A stretch of 64,000 nucleotides of DNA from Lingula anatina (Eukaryota; Animalia; Brachiopoda): positions 1,364,001 to 1,428,000 of the forward strand of contig CM120646.1 in the NCBI GenBank assembly GCA_051362555.1, written 5' to 3'. The translations under genes and the position numbers were made by a program. How positions within the stretch are numbered: the stretch's first letter is position 1; each line of letters opens with the position of its first letter. Below, piece after piece: positions 26,600-38,408 of the stretch. The notes under the pieces were generated by a model. That model did no database searches and was not told where the DNA came from. It was given only the letters and a program-made list of their open reading frames with translations.

Positions 26600-29579
26600 A
26601 TTTATACCAATGCTGAATATCAAAGGCTAATATTCAAAACATTTGCGTCAATTACAGACTGAAGATTTAGCGACAAATCGGGAACAATAGAAACAAAATG
26701 GGGATTTTTTGTACCATCTTTTTGAAGAATTGAACATTGTCTAAAATCGTGCTTCTGTCCAATTTATCTAAATATGGAGCTCGCAGCCTCATTGCGAGGA
26801 ACACTACACGCCATACTCTTCATGTTTTAATACCAAATACTTCAACGCAAATTCAAAAGAGATTTTTAAATATTTTTTTTTTAATTTTTAATTTTAAATA
26901 TGTTGTCTGCTATCTTTCCATTATTGGCAATACTGTATTGCATTGAAAAAGAAAAAAAAGCGATAGACTTTTTTTTTCTTTTTTTCTCTTGGTTTTTGAC
27001 CAAATTATTTATGAAAATTAAATGAATGATCACGAGAAATGTGCTTCGTGTATTGTTAACATTATTCGTCTTTCTAAAATGCTAAGCATTAGATATAAAA
27101 ATATGCATTTTTTAACCTGTGCCTCATCAGTCTGTTTACTACCCGTTTGCCCTTCAAAGCAAACAAATAAACAAAAAAAAAAATGAGGTACTCAGATAAT
27201 TGAATTTCAATCCGATAAAAAACGTATCTATTTAGTGTTCAGTAAAACAATTATATTTATAGCAGTTGCATTCAATTGTGTATAGACAAAGCAAATAGTG
27301 CGTCAAATAAAATGAATGTAAAGCAAGTACATGTATACGGCTAACCCTTTATCAATATCCTCTAGGACTTAATGCATTTTATTGAGAAATATCACGTCAA
27401 AACTATCCGCATTAAAATAGAAACTTGGTCTGTATGAACAAAGATAAAAAAAAGGTGTTTCCAGGTCCAACAGGATAATATTTGAAAAGTTAGACAAATC
27501 ACTTTCATTACAGTTGACAATTACGTGAAATATGCGCATCCAAGAACAAACCAGCAGATGACGAGGAAGCGCACATCATGCTGACGGCTATGAAGCCTCA
27601 ATTGGCTATACACCGCTAGTAGGTTAAGAATGCCATATCAGTAGAGGAGAGGATCGTTGCAATGTATAGTTTATGACCGTCCCAAAATAAACTTTAACTT
27701 CAAAAAACGTATAGTAATATCCCATCAAGTAGATGAAGCATGGGTCTTATCAACTGGGAACAAAAATCTGGTTTTGATACCTTAATTTAAAGTAAGGTCT
27801 ATACGAACATCTTTAATCTTTAGAACAACAACACATATTATTCAAATATCAATTGTTCATCCTAACGCTTTTCAGATAATTTAAAAACAACCCCTTCTTT
27901 ATTATTTTGCATTTGATTGTATTGAAATAAAGCAAATAGTGCGTTAAATAAAATCACCGTTTAGAATTATCGGGCGTATAGTGCTACAGGTATATACGGC
28001 TTTCATACATGTACAACCCAACACGGCATGCCGTATTATAAGCGCTGAAGGTTATCAAATGAACGAGCATCTTTCTCTTTCTGAACAGGAAAAAAACTGT
28101 TTAGAACCCCAAGTGTTGTGTGTATAGCGGGGAGACAGCAGGTGGTACTGACTTCTTAAAAGAACACAATGGGGCATATACTACTCAAAGGGGCTCTTAT
28201 CCGACTACAGAAGATTCTAGATTCGGTTCATGATTTCCGACTTGGGTTATGCCCGGAGAGAAAAGAAACACAACACCACTGCTTCCTTAAAAAAGCCAAA
28301 ACTGCTTTTATGCAAGACATTGGAGTGACAATTAGTAAACCAGCTATATAATGCATTGGCCATAAATATTTATTAAACATGCCGTTACATACATTGTAGT
28401 CCTACTGTACATGTACATATGAATTATGAATTCACAAGTCTGGTTAATTAGAATATATAATTGTTATAATTTTCTTGGTGGAAAGCCTCTAAACCCACCT
28501 TCTTGCTTCAGATTTTAATTTATTTAGAAATCTGTCGAAATCTTAGCAAAACTGAAAATAGCTCATTTTTTAATTTTGGCCCAGGATGTATTACATCATC
28601 GAGGCATAGCTCTTGGTACTTTGCGGATACAATTCTAGTTTTTGTGGTGGGTTTGTCAGGTCGTAATACTGGGAAATGAGGCAGGAACCATATTTGTTTA
28701 TTTTGCTGTTTTAAGTTTGGATCTCAATTACAAGGTGAATCACGTTTAGTTTCTTTGTTTGTGTGTGGATTTACTGTACGAAAATGTACCTTAATGGAGG
28801 CAATGCAGTCGACTATCTGCCTTTGAATTTATTCTTCCTGGTGTTTTCAGTACAATAAATCCGTAAAACTGATATAAATATTATCTGTGTTCTAGCCAGC
28901 CAGTGAAATAAAATAACAATTTAATCTTGTCAGTTTTTTATACACCATATGAACATCCACCTCTTTGGTGCAGTCTGTCTTTCTGTCTGTCTTATAGCAA
29001 CACTATGCAAAAGGTTATAGGAGCGTTTTGGTGAATTTTTCAGAAACTGCCAAGATTGGGCTAAAGAACAAGCGATTTTATTTTGGTTATGCTCATTCAA
29101 TTTTTAATTTATTAACCAAACTATTAACCTGTCAATCAACCAGTTAATTAACTAATTAATGAATTAATTTTTCAATCAACCAGTTAGTTAATTAATTAAT
29201 TAAGTAATTATTTAATTGAGTTTTCTGGGCTGAGGTAAGAGCTCTCTTTGTGTTTTTCATACACTATATTTATCTGAGCACGTAGAGAATTTAGGATATA
29301 TTTGGGGGTTTGTTGTTGTTGAGGGGGTGTTTGGCGTGAGACATATCTATAAGCATAAGAATTTATTGTTGATGATGGACATATCAAACAGGTATTATAT
29401 ATTGTATCTACGGTTTTACGAGTTTCCAATTTTCACTGACGGAAGGCTGTTTCCGTGTTTTAACACTTACAATTCTTTAAAGAATAGCCGTTTTAATTAT
29501 GATCTCAGGGCCAATGACGGAAGAGAGGAAGAAAAGTATTTATCATCATGTTGAAAGATCGATCCGTGTCCGTTATTGA

Positions 29580-29613
<34 letters not shown>

Positions 29614-30370
29614 CATTTATTTTGAGTCTAAAATCCATTAAAACATGTTCAGAAGACTTTACATATACATGAAACTATTACTTAAGAAATCAATTCTTAG
29701 GAATAGATAGATAAAAAATACAGAGCTTAACTACAAAAAAATTAAGTATAATTTAGATAAAACATACGGATACTCATATAAAAGCACTAAAGTTTAACAC
29801 TACATAACTAAAATATGTTTGTTAGGAAAAAATGATCAATTAAAGGTAAAAAAACAGCCTTATTTACACACAGAAAAAATTATAAGTAGCCTTATTTCTT
29901 ACAGTGCACAAATGCAATTATTATAAAATTTGTAGAATCAATTTAAAAGTCGATTAGTCAAAAAAAAAAAAAAAGAAAAAAAAAAAAAAAAGAAAAAGGC
30001 CTGAATAGGTATGTCTTCAATTCTTTTTTAAAATGATCGGATTTGCAGTGGCAATAAATTCCATTCTTTTGGACCTGCTGATTTAAAAGTAATGTCACCA
30101 TCAAATTTTACCGGCTTACTGAACAATTTGTCTACAGACCGCAGGCTTTTTGCTGGAACATAGTGAGTGACTAATTCACTTAAGTAGATCGTAGCAACTT
30201 TGTAAAATGCATCATGAACAAAGACTAGAAATCCAAATAAAATCCTGGCTTTCATAGGTAGCCAATGTTACTATTTCAAAACTGGGGTGATATGGTAACT
30301 CATGGATGTACGGGTTAATAATCTAGCTGAGATGTTCTGAATACGCTGCAGTCTTTAATCTGGATCAAGT
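29580..30370 (-). mobile_element. Degenerate L2/CR1-group LINE 3' fragment
   Basis: LQRIQNISAR, HITPVLK, WLPMKARILF and GPKEWNLLPLQIRS vestiges; (TTA)n tail at 29580-29610. Confidence 0.75.
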
Positions 30371-30916
30371 TCCTTTAGAAGCATATAGTGTAATTACGAT
30401 AGGAAAATAAGCACAAGTGAAGTGAATCGTTTCTATTGTCTATATACAAATTACCAAGGCTCATAGTGGTCTACATGTAGTTTGAACGGACACTATATAC
30501 TGCTAGCATATTGGAAATGATATAATTCTTTTACGGTACGTTAAGTATCAATACATGCTAAGTGACACACCAAGTGACACTGGGTTTATATCTTTAAATA
30601 CATCGCATGAATGTGATATTTAAACCAGAAAAACTAGACATTTCTGCCATCTGTCTTGAAAAGAAGCGATACATAAGTCAAATCATTTCACTCGGCAAGA
30701 CCAAAGTAACGGAAGTTGAAGATGTGATAAGGCGCAACATGTACCCGCTACTGCATAAATCCACAATAACTACACTACAGTGTAGCAAAGCACAATACAA
30801 TACATGTACAATACAATACAATATAATACAAAACAAAACAATACAATACAATAATGTTGACAAAGCAGTCAAAAAACCATGACCTATTTTAATTTGCTAA
30901 GAATCTCCTGTTAAAT

Positions 30917-33148
30917 CTATGGAGCAGTAGTGCGTGCAGTCATTATACATTGTGCAAGTAGGCTTGTGCCCCTCCTACTGAGGTGAAAACCATCTTCCCT
31001 GTAGTAATCTGGGGAGTTTATTACCTCATTTACTGCGATGAAATGTGCTTTCTGATGGCCTGTGAGTTCAGCCTCAACAGTGTCATTGTACCGCTTTGCT
31101 CTCTCGTTAAAACTTTGATTCTGTTGACGATCCAGGATCCCCGTGAAATATATTTCACAGTCTGGATATTTCGTTTCTGTTGTCTGTCGCAGCTGGCGCA
31201 ACTCTTTGGCGGCGTCCTTAACACTTTGGTGATCAATGCTAATTGTCCCCACTATAAAAGTCAAAGATTCTGGATTTCCCAGGTTTGATTTGATTATATA
31301 GTCATGTGCGTCTGTAATAGTTTTTTCTATCAGTACTTTCACGTAGGATCTGCCCATCCTGTTGCCATCAAGGTACTTTCCTATTGAGTCAGTCACTATA
31401 ACATGCTTTCTTTGTATTGTGTTTTCTGCATTGTTTGTTGTTTGGGGACTGTCCACCTTACTTCTCGCTGCCGTCCCACGCTGGTCATTGCAAACTGAGT
31501 GAGTTGTCCGTTTTGATTTTTCTTCAACTTTATCTTTCAAGGTGATTTTTAACAACCCCTTTCCAAATTCCTTTGTTAGTTTAAAGCAACTGTCGACTGT
31601 TCCTACTATTGCCCCCAAGACACTGTCCGAGTCATTTTCTGACGAGTCGATCAGTATCTCTTTCACGGCTCTAAGCAAACCTCCTGCGCCTTTATCCTCT
31701 GGTGATCCTGCGCGCAAGTCAAACACCCAACCAAAGCAAAACGTTGCTTGGATTTCGTGGAGGATTGTTTTTGGATTGTGACGGATTTCATGTAAAATGT
31801 AAACGTTTTCACTTACTAATTGTTGATCCATGTAATCTATCATGTTGTTTTTCGGTATGAAATAATTGGGGATGCACTTCTTGGATAGAAATCTAAGCAA
31901 GAGATCGAGAAAGTCGTAAAAACGTTGTCCCATTTTTTCATCTGTCCACCTTTCCTGTGGAATGCGCTCACATAGCCAAAATAACGTTGTCTTAAGGTGG
32001 TAAGTAGAAAGGACGCCGAGGTCTCCCAGTCGGTGTTTGTGTATCAGTTTTATAATACGGTAAACATGGCGCTGAGCTTGATTTAACGACAAGGCAAGAT
32101 AGCGCTCAGCTAAAGCAAAAGAGATCCTCCATTCAGTTCGGCATTCTCTGTCACCAGGATTGGCAACTGGAACAAGATGGCAGCCAAATTCTCTCACGGC
32201 TTTGATTTGCTCCATATTAGGCCAACCACTCAATCTCTCACGACTAAGCCAATCAGCTGCTTCATGGGGAAATTTCTTCCAAGGAAACGAAAAAACAAAA
32301 TCCATTCTTATTAAAGCGTGGCCTTTGCGACCACAAGGAATGGAGACTTTTATTGATTCGGCAGGACCTTTATAACTTAAATTTAACATTTTCCGCAATA
32401 TATCCTGGATTTCAAACCCTGGCTTCGGGGTTGGGACGTAACTTTGCCTGATTTTGTTGCTCAGATATACATCCCCAGTTTGATCACGTTCCAAAATGCC
32501 TGACACACTAAGCCGATGCTGTTTTCCCTGGAACTTAAGTTTGACATAACCGGGATGACAGCCATGACCATCCACGAGCAACACTGCCCCTGTTGTTGTC
32601 ACTTGCTCTCTACCTGACATGACTGTGGGAAAAAATGGCGGCCTCAACTCTATCATCACATCCGTATCTTGCATTTCATGGTAAGCTTTATCCCCCCGCT
32701 TATACATAGGTTCGATCCCAAGGCCGTCACAAGAGCTACCCAGACAAAAGATCCCTAAGTTCTCTGCAAAAGAATTCCCAAATATCTTTTTTAATCCATA
32801 GCCCAACGTTTGTTCCATATGTGCAAAATTACTATACCAATTGTCTGTAAATAGCAAATTAACAAAATATTTTCCCATAAATGCAAGTAGTCCATTTTCT
32901 GATGTTTTATCTCCACCAATGGACCTGATAAATGCATCCTTGAGAATTTTATACATCTCTTCTGTTTTCTTATCATTCAGACCTAAATCAATCCCAAAAC
33001 CATTTTCAATTAATTTCAGCCCAATCATATTTTCCTGAGGTAGCATCTCTGCTAAGTATTTTGAGAATTTTTCCATATCTTCAGTATTTTCAACGTTTCG
33101 TCTCGGTCGTCGTTCACACGGAGGATATCTAAAATTGAAGGTAAACAT
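30917..33148 (-). CDS. Mab-21/cGAS-like nucleotidyltransferase (cGLR)-SGNH fusion, copy B (743 aa)
   Basis: Paralog of copy A. CLGSSCDG, QDTDVMI, MDFV, GCHLVPV, EWRISFALAER, LSTYHLKTTLFWLCE; SGNH VIVTDSIG, VGTISI, DGFHLS. Same candidate acceptor (33129) and internal ATG (33076). Confidence 0.9.
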   Translation of the reverse strand: MFTFNFRYPPCERRPRRNVENTEDMEKFSKYLAEMLPQENMIGLKLIENGFGIDLGLNDKKTEEMYKILKDAFIRSIGGDKTSENGLLAFMGKYFVNLLFTDNWYSNFAHMEQTLGYGLKKIFGNSFAENLGIFCLGSSCDGLGIEPMYKRGDKAYHEMQDTDVMIELRPPFFPTVMSGREQVTTTGAVLLVDGHGCHPGYVKLKFQGKQHRLSVSGILERDQTGDVYLSNKIRQSYVPTPKPGFEIQDILRKMLNLSYKGPAESIKVSIPCGRKGHALIRMDFVFSFPWKKFPHEAADWLSRERLSGWPNMEQIKAVREFGCHLVPVANPGDRECRTEWRISFALAERYLALSLNQAQRHVYRIIKLIHKHRLGDLGVLSTYHLKTTLFWLCERIPQERWTDEKMGQRFYDFLDLLLRFLSKKCIPNYFIPKNNMIDYMDQQLVSENVYILHEIRHNPKTILHEIQATFCFGWVFDLRAGSPEDKGAGGLLRAVKEILIDSSENDSDSVLGAIVGTVDSCFKLTKEFGKGLLKITLKDKVEEKSKRTTHSVCNDQRGTAARSKVDSPQTTNNAENTIQRKHVIVTDSIGKYLDGNRMGRSYVKVLIEKTITDAHDYIIKSNLGNPESLTFIVGTISIDHQSVKDAAKELRQLRQTTETKYPDCEIYFTGILDRQQNQSFNERAKRYNDTVEAELTGHQKAHFIAVNEVINSPDYYREDGFHLSRRGTSLLAQCIMTARTTAP

Positions 33149-34214
33149 GAATAAAAGGTCTATATGTAAACTGACCCAGTTAAAAAAAGCTGTATAAAAA
33201 GTTACGTGGAAGGAATTACCCTTGAATTAACCGTAAAATGGAGCCTCTATGACAAACATGTCTGTGAACTAAGATGTTTATGTCTTTTTTGTTCAAAATT
33301 TGGAAAATGTTTAAGAAAGGTCATCTACCGGGTAAATATAATGCCGGTACATTCCGTCAATTCTCACGGAATATAGGAAAGTCTAAAACATTAAAATATA
33401 GCGGTTTTTCGTTTATACCCAAATTTGTTTCCACTCTGTTCATACGTGTAGCATAATTAACATAAATGTCAGCGTGATATCAGGTGATCCCGAGGTACGC
33501 TGAATTACGGGGGTCCCTGAAAACTCCCCTTCTTCTACCACTATACCACAATCATTCTCGGAATAGACGGAGTCCTGCTAATAATGCAGGGGTGGCTTTC
33601 CAGTGACATACAGGTATGAAATTTGAGATTGCATTTCCATAATCCCACTTGAGTAACTGAAGGGTAATTGACTATCGTGCCAGTCAATTAAGCCTCTTAC
33701 AGTGAATGCAATGTCGCTAAATCCCTGCAAGCCAGATAGTACGATTGGTTTATGAGAACCTCCCTTAACGTCTGTAGAGGACACTGAAGATACACTGTAA
33801 AAACAGTGTTTAGCGTTAAAATACATACAACACACGTTAGGCACCTATACGCATTTAGAAATACGGTATGTGTAAAAGCTAAGCACGTATAGCTTTTCAA
33901 GCGTTTCACAGAAGAAAAAGCTAGACACGTTGGCAGTATTACACGTTTAGCTATATGCTAAGCTTCACGGCATATAATTCTATAACAAGTCTATCACAAG
34001 CTAACGGCTCTTTCACAATCGGGGTGAACAATTAAATGTAGTTAATGTTACAAGTGTCTGATAAATTAACAATTTATGATTGGAGATTGCTGATAGACTA
34101 ATATCAAAGACACTGTTCACAGGAGCAAAATTAAAAAGAATTTTTATAATCGGATAACAATTTACAAAAATATAGCCAATTATGTGTTCAAAAGGTACCT
34201 ATTTTTAGCTGAAT

Positions 34215-36681
34215 AGCCATTCCACGAAAAGGGGTACGATTCCAAAATAAGAAATGCAGCGATATGAACTTTGCAAAACTGGAAAACTTTTTATATTATT
34301 TTGATGAAGAGGTATTCAGAGAGTAGTAGAAGAATTTTAACCCACACCATTACTGTATTTAAAGAAATATGCACGTGTAAACATGGTACAGTATGTTTTT
34401 CGTTACGGAGGTTAGGTAACATCTAAATTAGGTTATATTTCAATCATGCCAAAGGTCACAGGCCACATATTTGATTCAATTATTAAGATTTTGTATGTAT
34501 TCAAAATATTATTGCCCATTTAAGATTTCTCTTCAATTATAGAAAAATGCGGTGCAGACACATTGGTAATAAGTGGCTCGTTTTCTAAAAATACAAAGGC
34601 TGAGATATTCCAATTTAAATATTTTATATATCGTTGGGGACAGACTTGCTTTTTTACCATACCATTTGTCTATGAACAAAGTGCTATCAATCTATTATGA
34701 TATGAGCATTGACCAAAGAGCACACACATATCCAGTGTTCAAATGAAAAATGAGTAATTTCGTAACGGAGGTTAGGTTATTCTACATAGGTCAGCGATCA
34801 TATATTTGTTTTGGTACTTTTAGCTTAAGGTAGACTTTAGAAGATGAATTTGGAATTTATAGTATTGTAGATACGACACATTTACATAATAACATAGAAA
34901 AATTGATAAAACATGTTTATTCAAACCATTAAATGGCAAATGGTTACAACGGGTTGTTTTGCTTACTTTCAAGGACTACATAAATACATTTACCACTACT
35001 GGATACATTTCACCGCTAATATGTTGATCTTTGTATCTGTAGAATTCACATTCCATATTTTACCAAAGTAAGAGTTTAATTTATAATCTTAGTAACAGAG
35101 GTAAGGTAAAACTCTAGTCTAAATTATGTCATACATTTAAACCGCTCAAAATCTTTCACAAGAAAAGCTTCGCGGTCATAAGATTATTTTTCTTTCTCTG
35201 TAGTGTTTTTGTCGATCGCTCTGTATTTGTAAGTGGCATATTGGTGTCTGTATAACAAAACATTAAACCAACATGCACATGATCGCAGTTATAGGCAAAA
35301 ACAACAAAATACCCGAGAAAGTTAATGCATACAATCAAGTAGGCCGACAATAGACACGTGTTTGCCAATAACTGTCCAATTAAAGTTACTGGAAGCATCT
35401 AGAAGATGATAAAAACTATTATGTGCTACTGAAATAATAAAATAGGACCTAATAATCCCGCAGTTCTACCTGATAAATGGAACTATTGCTTCAAAGCTTC
35501 TCACGCGAAAATAAAGTCTGCTACATGCACGTTAGTACTGATGTCAGCTAGTACCACTTTTCTTGCCAAGACAGTCCTAAAAACTACTCATTTCGCTTAG
35601 AATCAGAATGATAAGTTCAAAAAGGCATCTTCAAGTGACAAATGGAAATCAATTCGATAAAACAAATCACGATTTACCCTCGATTTTATAGCAAACTGGA
35701 GTAAAAACTTAAATCATTAACCTTTCTTGATAGAATTATCAGCTATATATGTATATTATATATCTATATTAATGCGGGGTAATGTCTTTAACAGCAAGCC
35801 GTATGAATGCATACTACATCAGAACATAGAAGTAGAACTACTTATATGCTCAGAATTAACTCACAAAACCACAGAAATAACGTTTTAATGTATTAACAGT
35901 CATTTTTATAACAGTTAACTTATTTCGTAACGGAGGTTAGCATAACGGACGTAAGGTGACACGCATTCTTTTTTCAGTTTTTATCCTCGGGATAACTTTG
36001 CATAAATATTGAATGATTGTTGTAGGAAGAAGTTGGTCCTTGCTTAACAAAAATGATATTTTTAACTTTCTAAAGCAACATTTTCTTCAAATTTGGTCCG
36101 TTACTGGGGTTAGGCTCTTAAATGCGACACCCCGACTTTTGTGAGATAACATTCTCTATGATGGAACGCATCATTCAAAATTAACAAATAGCACTGTTTT
36201 ATTAAACTTCATGTATTATGAGTTTGAAAAATGCACAGGAAGTCCATTTAAGAGCATTTTCTTTTATTCTTACATTGACTTAAAGAAGCGTTACGGAGGT
36301 TAGGGGTTACTGAGCGACATTGATTAAACTATGACAGTGACGTAACTAACCAACAAATTCGACAGAGAACACCATGTATGATAAAAAAGAAACATGAATT
36401 CAAATTAGTTGAGGACTAAAAACACTAAAACACGAGAAAATATAAACTTTTTCTTGTGGCAAATCAGCTATAATACTGTTTAAAATCGTGGTTTTTGCGG
36501 CATATAGACCCCCGGGGTTCCCGTCAAAGCAAGTGGTACTATATTAATTGTTGTTTTTTAAGTAGAACACATCGGTTCCTGCTAAAAAGGCTAAAAAAGG
36601 CAAAATTGCAGATGCTTTTACTACCGAAAATAAGCTGCGACAGGTATTATTCAGAATTGTACCCTTTTTCGTGGAATGGCT
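34215..36681. mobile_element. Non-autonomous DNA transposon with 23-bp TIRs (superfamily uncertain)
   Basis: agccattccacgaaaaggggtac (34215-34237) vs gtaccctttttcgtggaatggct (36659-36681), 1 mismatch. Internal motif cgt(a/t)acggaggttag repeated at ~34401, 34761, 35926 and 36289. No transposase ORF and no clear TSD. Confidence 0.7.
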
Positions 36682-37162
36682 GTGTTACGGTGGGTCATTT
36701 GCAATTTAGGTCATAAAGATAATGCACTAACTCTTTATGTCAATGATTTATGGTGAATATGATATTGGTATATAATTTCCACAACATCTGTCTTCTCTTC
36801 TAGCAGGTTCATCCAAAGATATGTTCTGAGAAAAAAAACAAAAAAAAACAAAAAAAAAAACATTTTAACCATTTTGCAGAAACGGGCTTTGATACACATT
36901 TCACTTATTTTTGATAATACAATGAGAAACATATTTGATAAGGCCAAATATTACTTTGAAATCACCTACGTGATAATAAGATGAATTTACCATGTTATGA
37001 CTTAAACATAATAAAGGAGTTGTGCATATGTAACCATTATTATTAATGCTATGGTATTTATAATCATGAGCCCCTTGGTGTCTCCTGCTTTTTGTACTGT
37101 CCGTACCCACCTATCTGTTTTTTTAGGAATCACAGCATAGTCTGTCTGTCCGTACCCCCAAG

Positions 37163-37301
37163 AGTAGTAAGAGGGCACTTTGGCGTAACAAAGGAAATGA
37201 CGTTAAATGACGTAAAACCCATTGTTTTAATGACGTAACAGGACAAAGAAAAATTATAGCGTACAATGGGACATGACGTAACAAGTAAACAAATATGTTT
37301 A
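37163..37301 (+). repeat. Left terminal inverted repeat (139 bp)
   Basis: Exact reverse complement of 52093-52231 by eye; begins AGTAGT; contains several TGACGT(A/T)A motifs. Confidence 0.97.
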
Positions 37302-37573
37302 TGTTTGTATTGCCATGGTAACGGAATTTTGTTGTGACAAAATGATGATGTCGCTGGACACGTCTGGACATGTGGGACGTTTGTTTATGTTTTGCTATGA
37401 CGTCACAGGGCAAGTCTGATCATGTTAATTTCAATTCTTTAATGCATATTTATTAATAGATACAAAATAAAGTAAAGCAAAACAACATAGAATTGTATAC
37501 ATAATTTTTATTGAAATAAACACACACACACACACAATATGTACAATAATACTACAAATTATCTAAAAATTTC

Positions 37574-38371
37574 TTAATAACCATATGGTAATGTGTTAAT
37601 TCCGTCTGGCATTATTGCTCTCTTTGTATAGACCATTCTGTAGGTCTTTTCTTCTAATTTTGAAGTGAGTTCTTTTGTAGCAACGTTACGCCTAATATTG
37701 TGATTGGTCACAGTGACTTTCTCTGGACCTTCTTTGTGTATCATTTTCTTTAATGTTTCAAAATTTACTATTTGTGATGTGGTATAATTAAGACTGATAC
37801 CACGCACTTTGCAAATAGTTTTGCCATTGAAAGTCTGGTAGGCATAATTTTTTGGACCCCCAGACACGTACGTTGTGATGTAATCACCGTCTTCAAGCTC
37901 GTCTGTGTAATCGCCTAAATGTGTGCCCATAATAGAATTTAGATAATTTTTGGTTTCGTCACTGCCGTCGTCAATGAAAATGATACTATCAGTATCAAAA
38001 TACAAAATATTTTCACCAAAAAATTCTAAAGATTCGTATAATTTGAGCCTAGCGTGTGCGGTGGTGTAAGCCGCAATCACAACGTTCGTGTTATCGGAGG
38101 ATATTTCGGCGGGATTTGTTCGATGATAACGTATTTCGGCGACGTCATCGTTTAAGAACATAATGTTGCTCACTTCGAGTTTCTTATCAAGTAGAATTTC
38201 GAAATACTCGTCGACATCGCCCACGTATTCTGTTTTGTCCATGTTTGTCTTCTGACCAAATTTACCTGAAATATAGAAGAAGAAAAAAATAAGTAAATTG
38301 TAATAATCATGACGCATCATAAAACAAAATCACAATACGCTAGTGTGAGCCTCTTGTGTATGTGTGTGTGC

Positions 38372-38408
<37 letters not shown>

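Larger units (their letters stand above)
23620..33790. repeat. Inverted duplication: arms ~23620-26572 and ~30920-33790, with a ~4.3-kb unrelated spacer
   Basis: Homology covers both cGLR ORFs plus ~600 bp upstream (ttctcataaaccaatcgtactatctg; agggacccccgtaattcag) and ends at cgca.actgctcca near the stops. Confidence 0.9.

Noticed and set aside
24212-33148. Bacterial CBASS operon or contamination
   Set aside because: Sequences have animal Mab-21-type C-terminal signatures and sit among LINEs and microsatellites with no operon structure.
24233-33148. cGLR genes as cargo of the Maverick
   Set aside because: They lie outside the TIR/TSD-defined boundary at 37163.
33578-33844. Upstream coding exon of the cGLR genes (ORF 33578-33844 and its paralog 23518-23700)
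   Set aside because: Frames differ between the paralogs and both hit stops; more likely 5'UTR or regulatory sequence.
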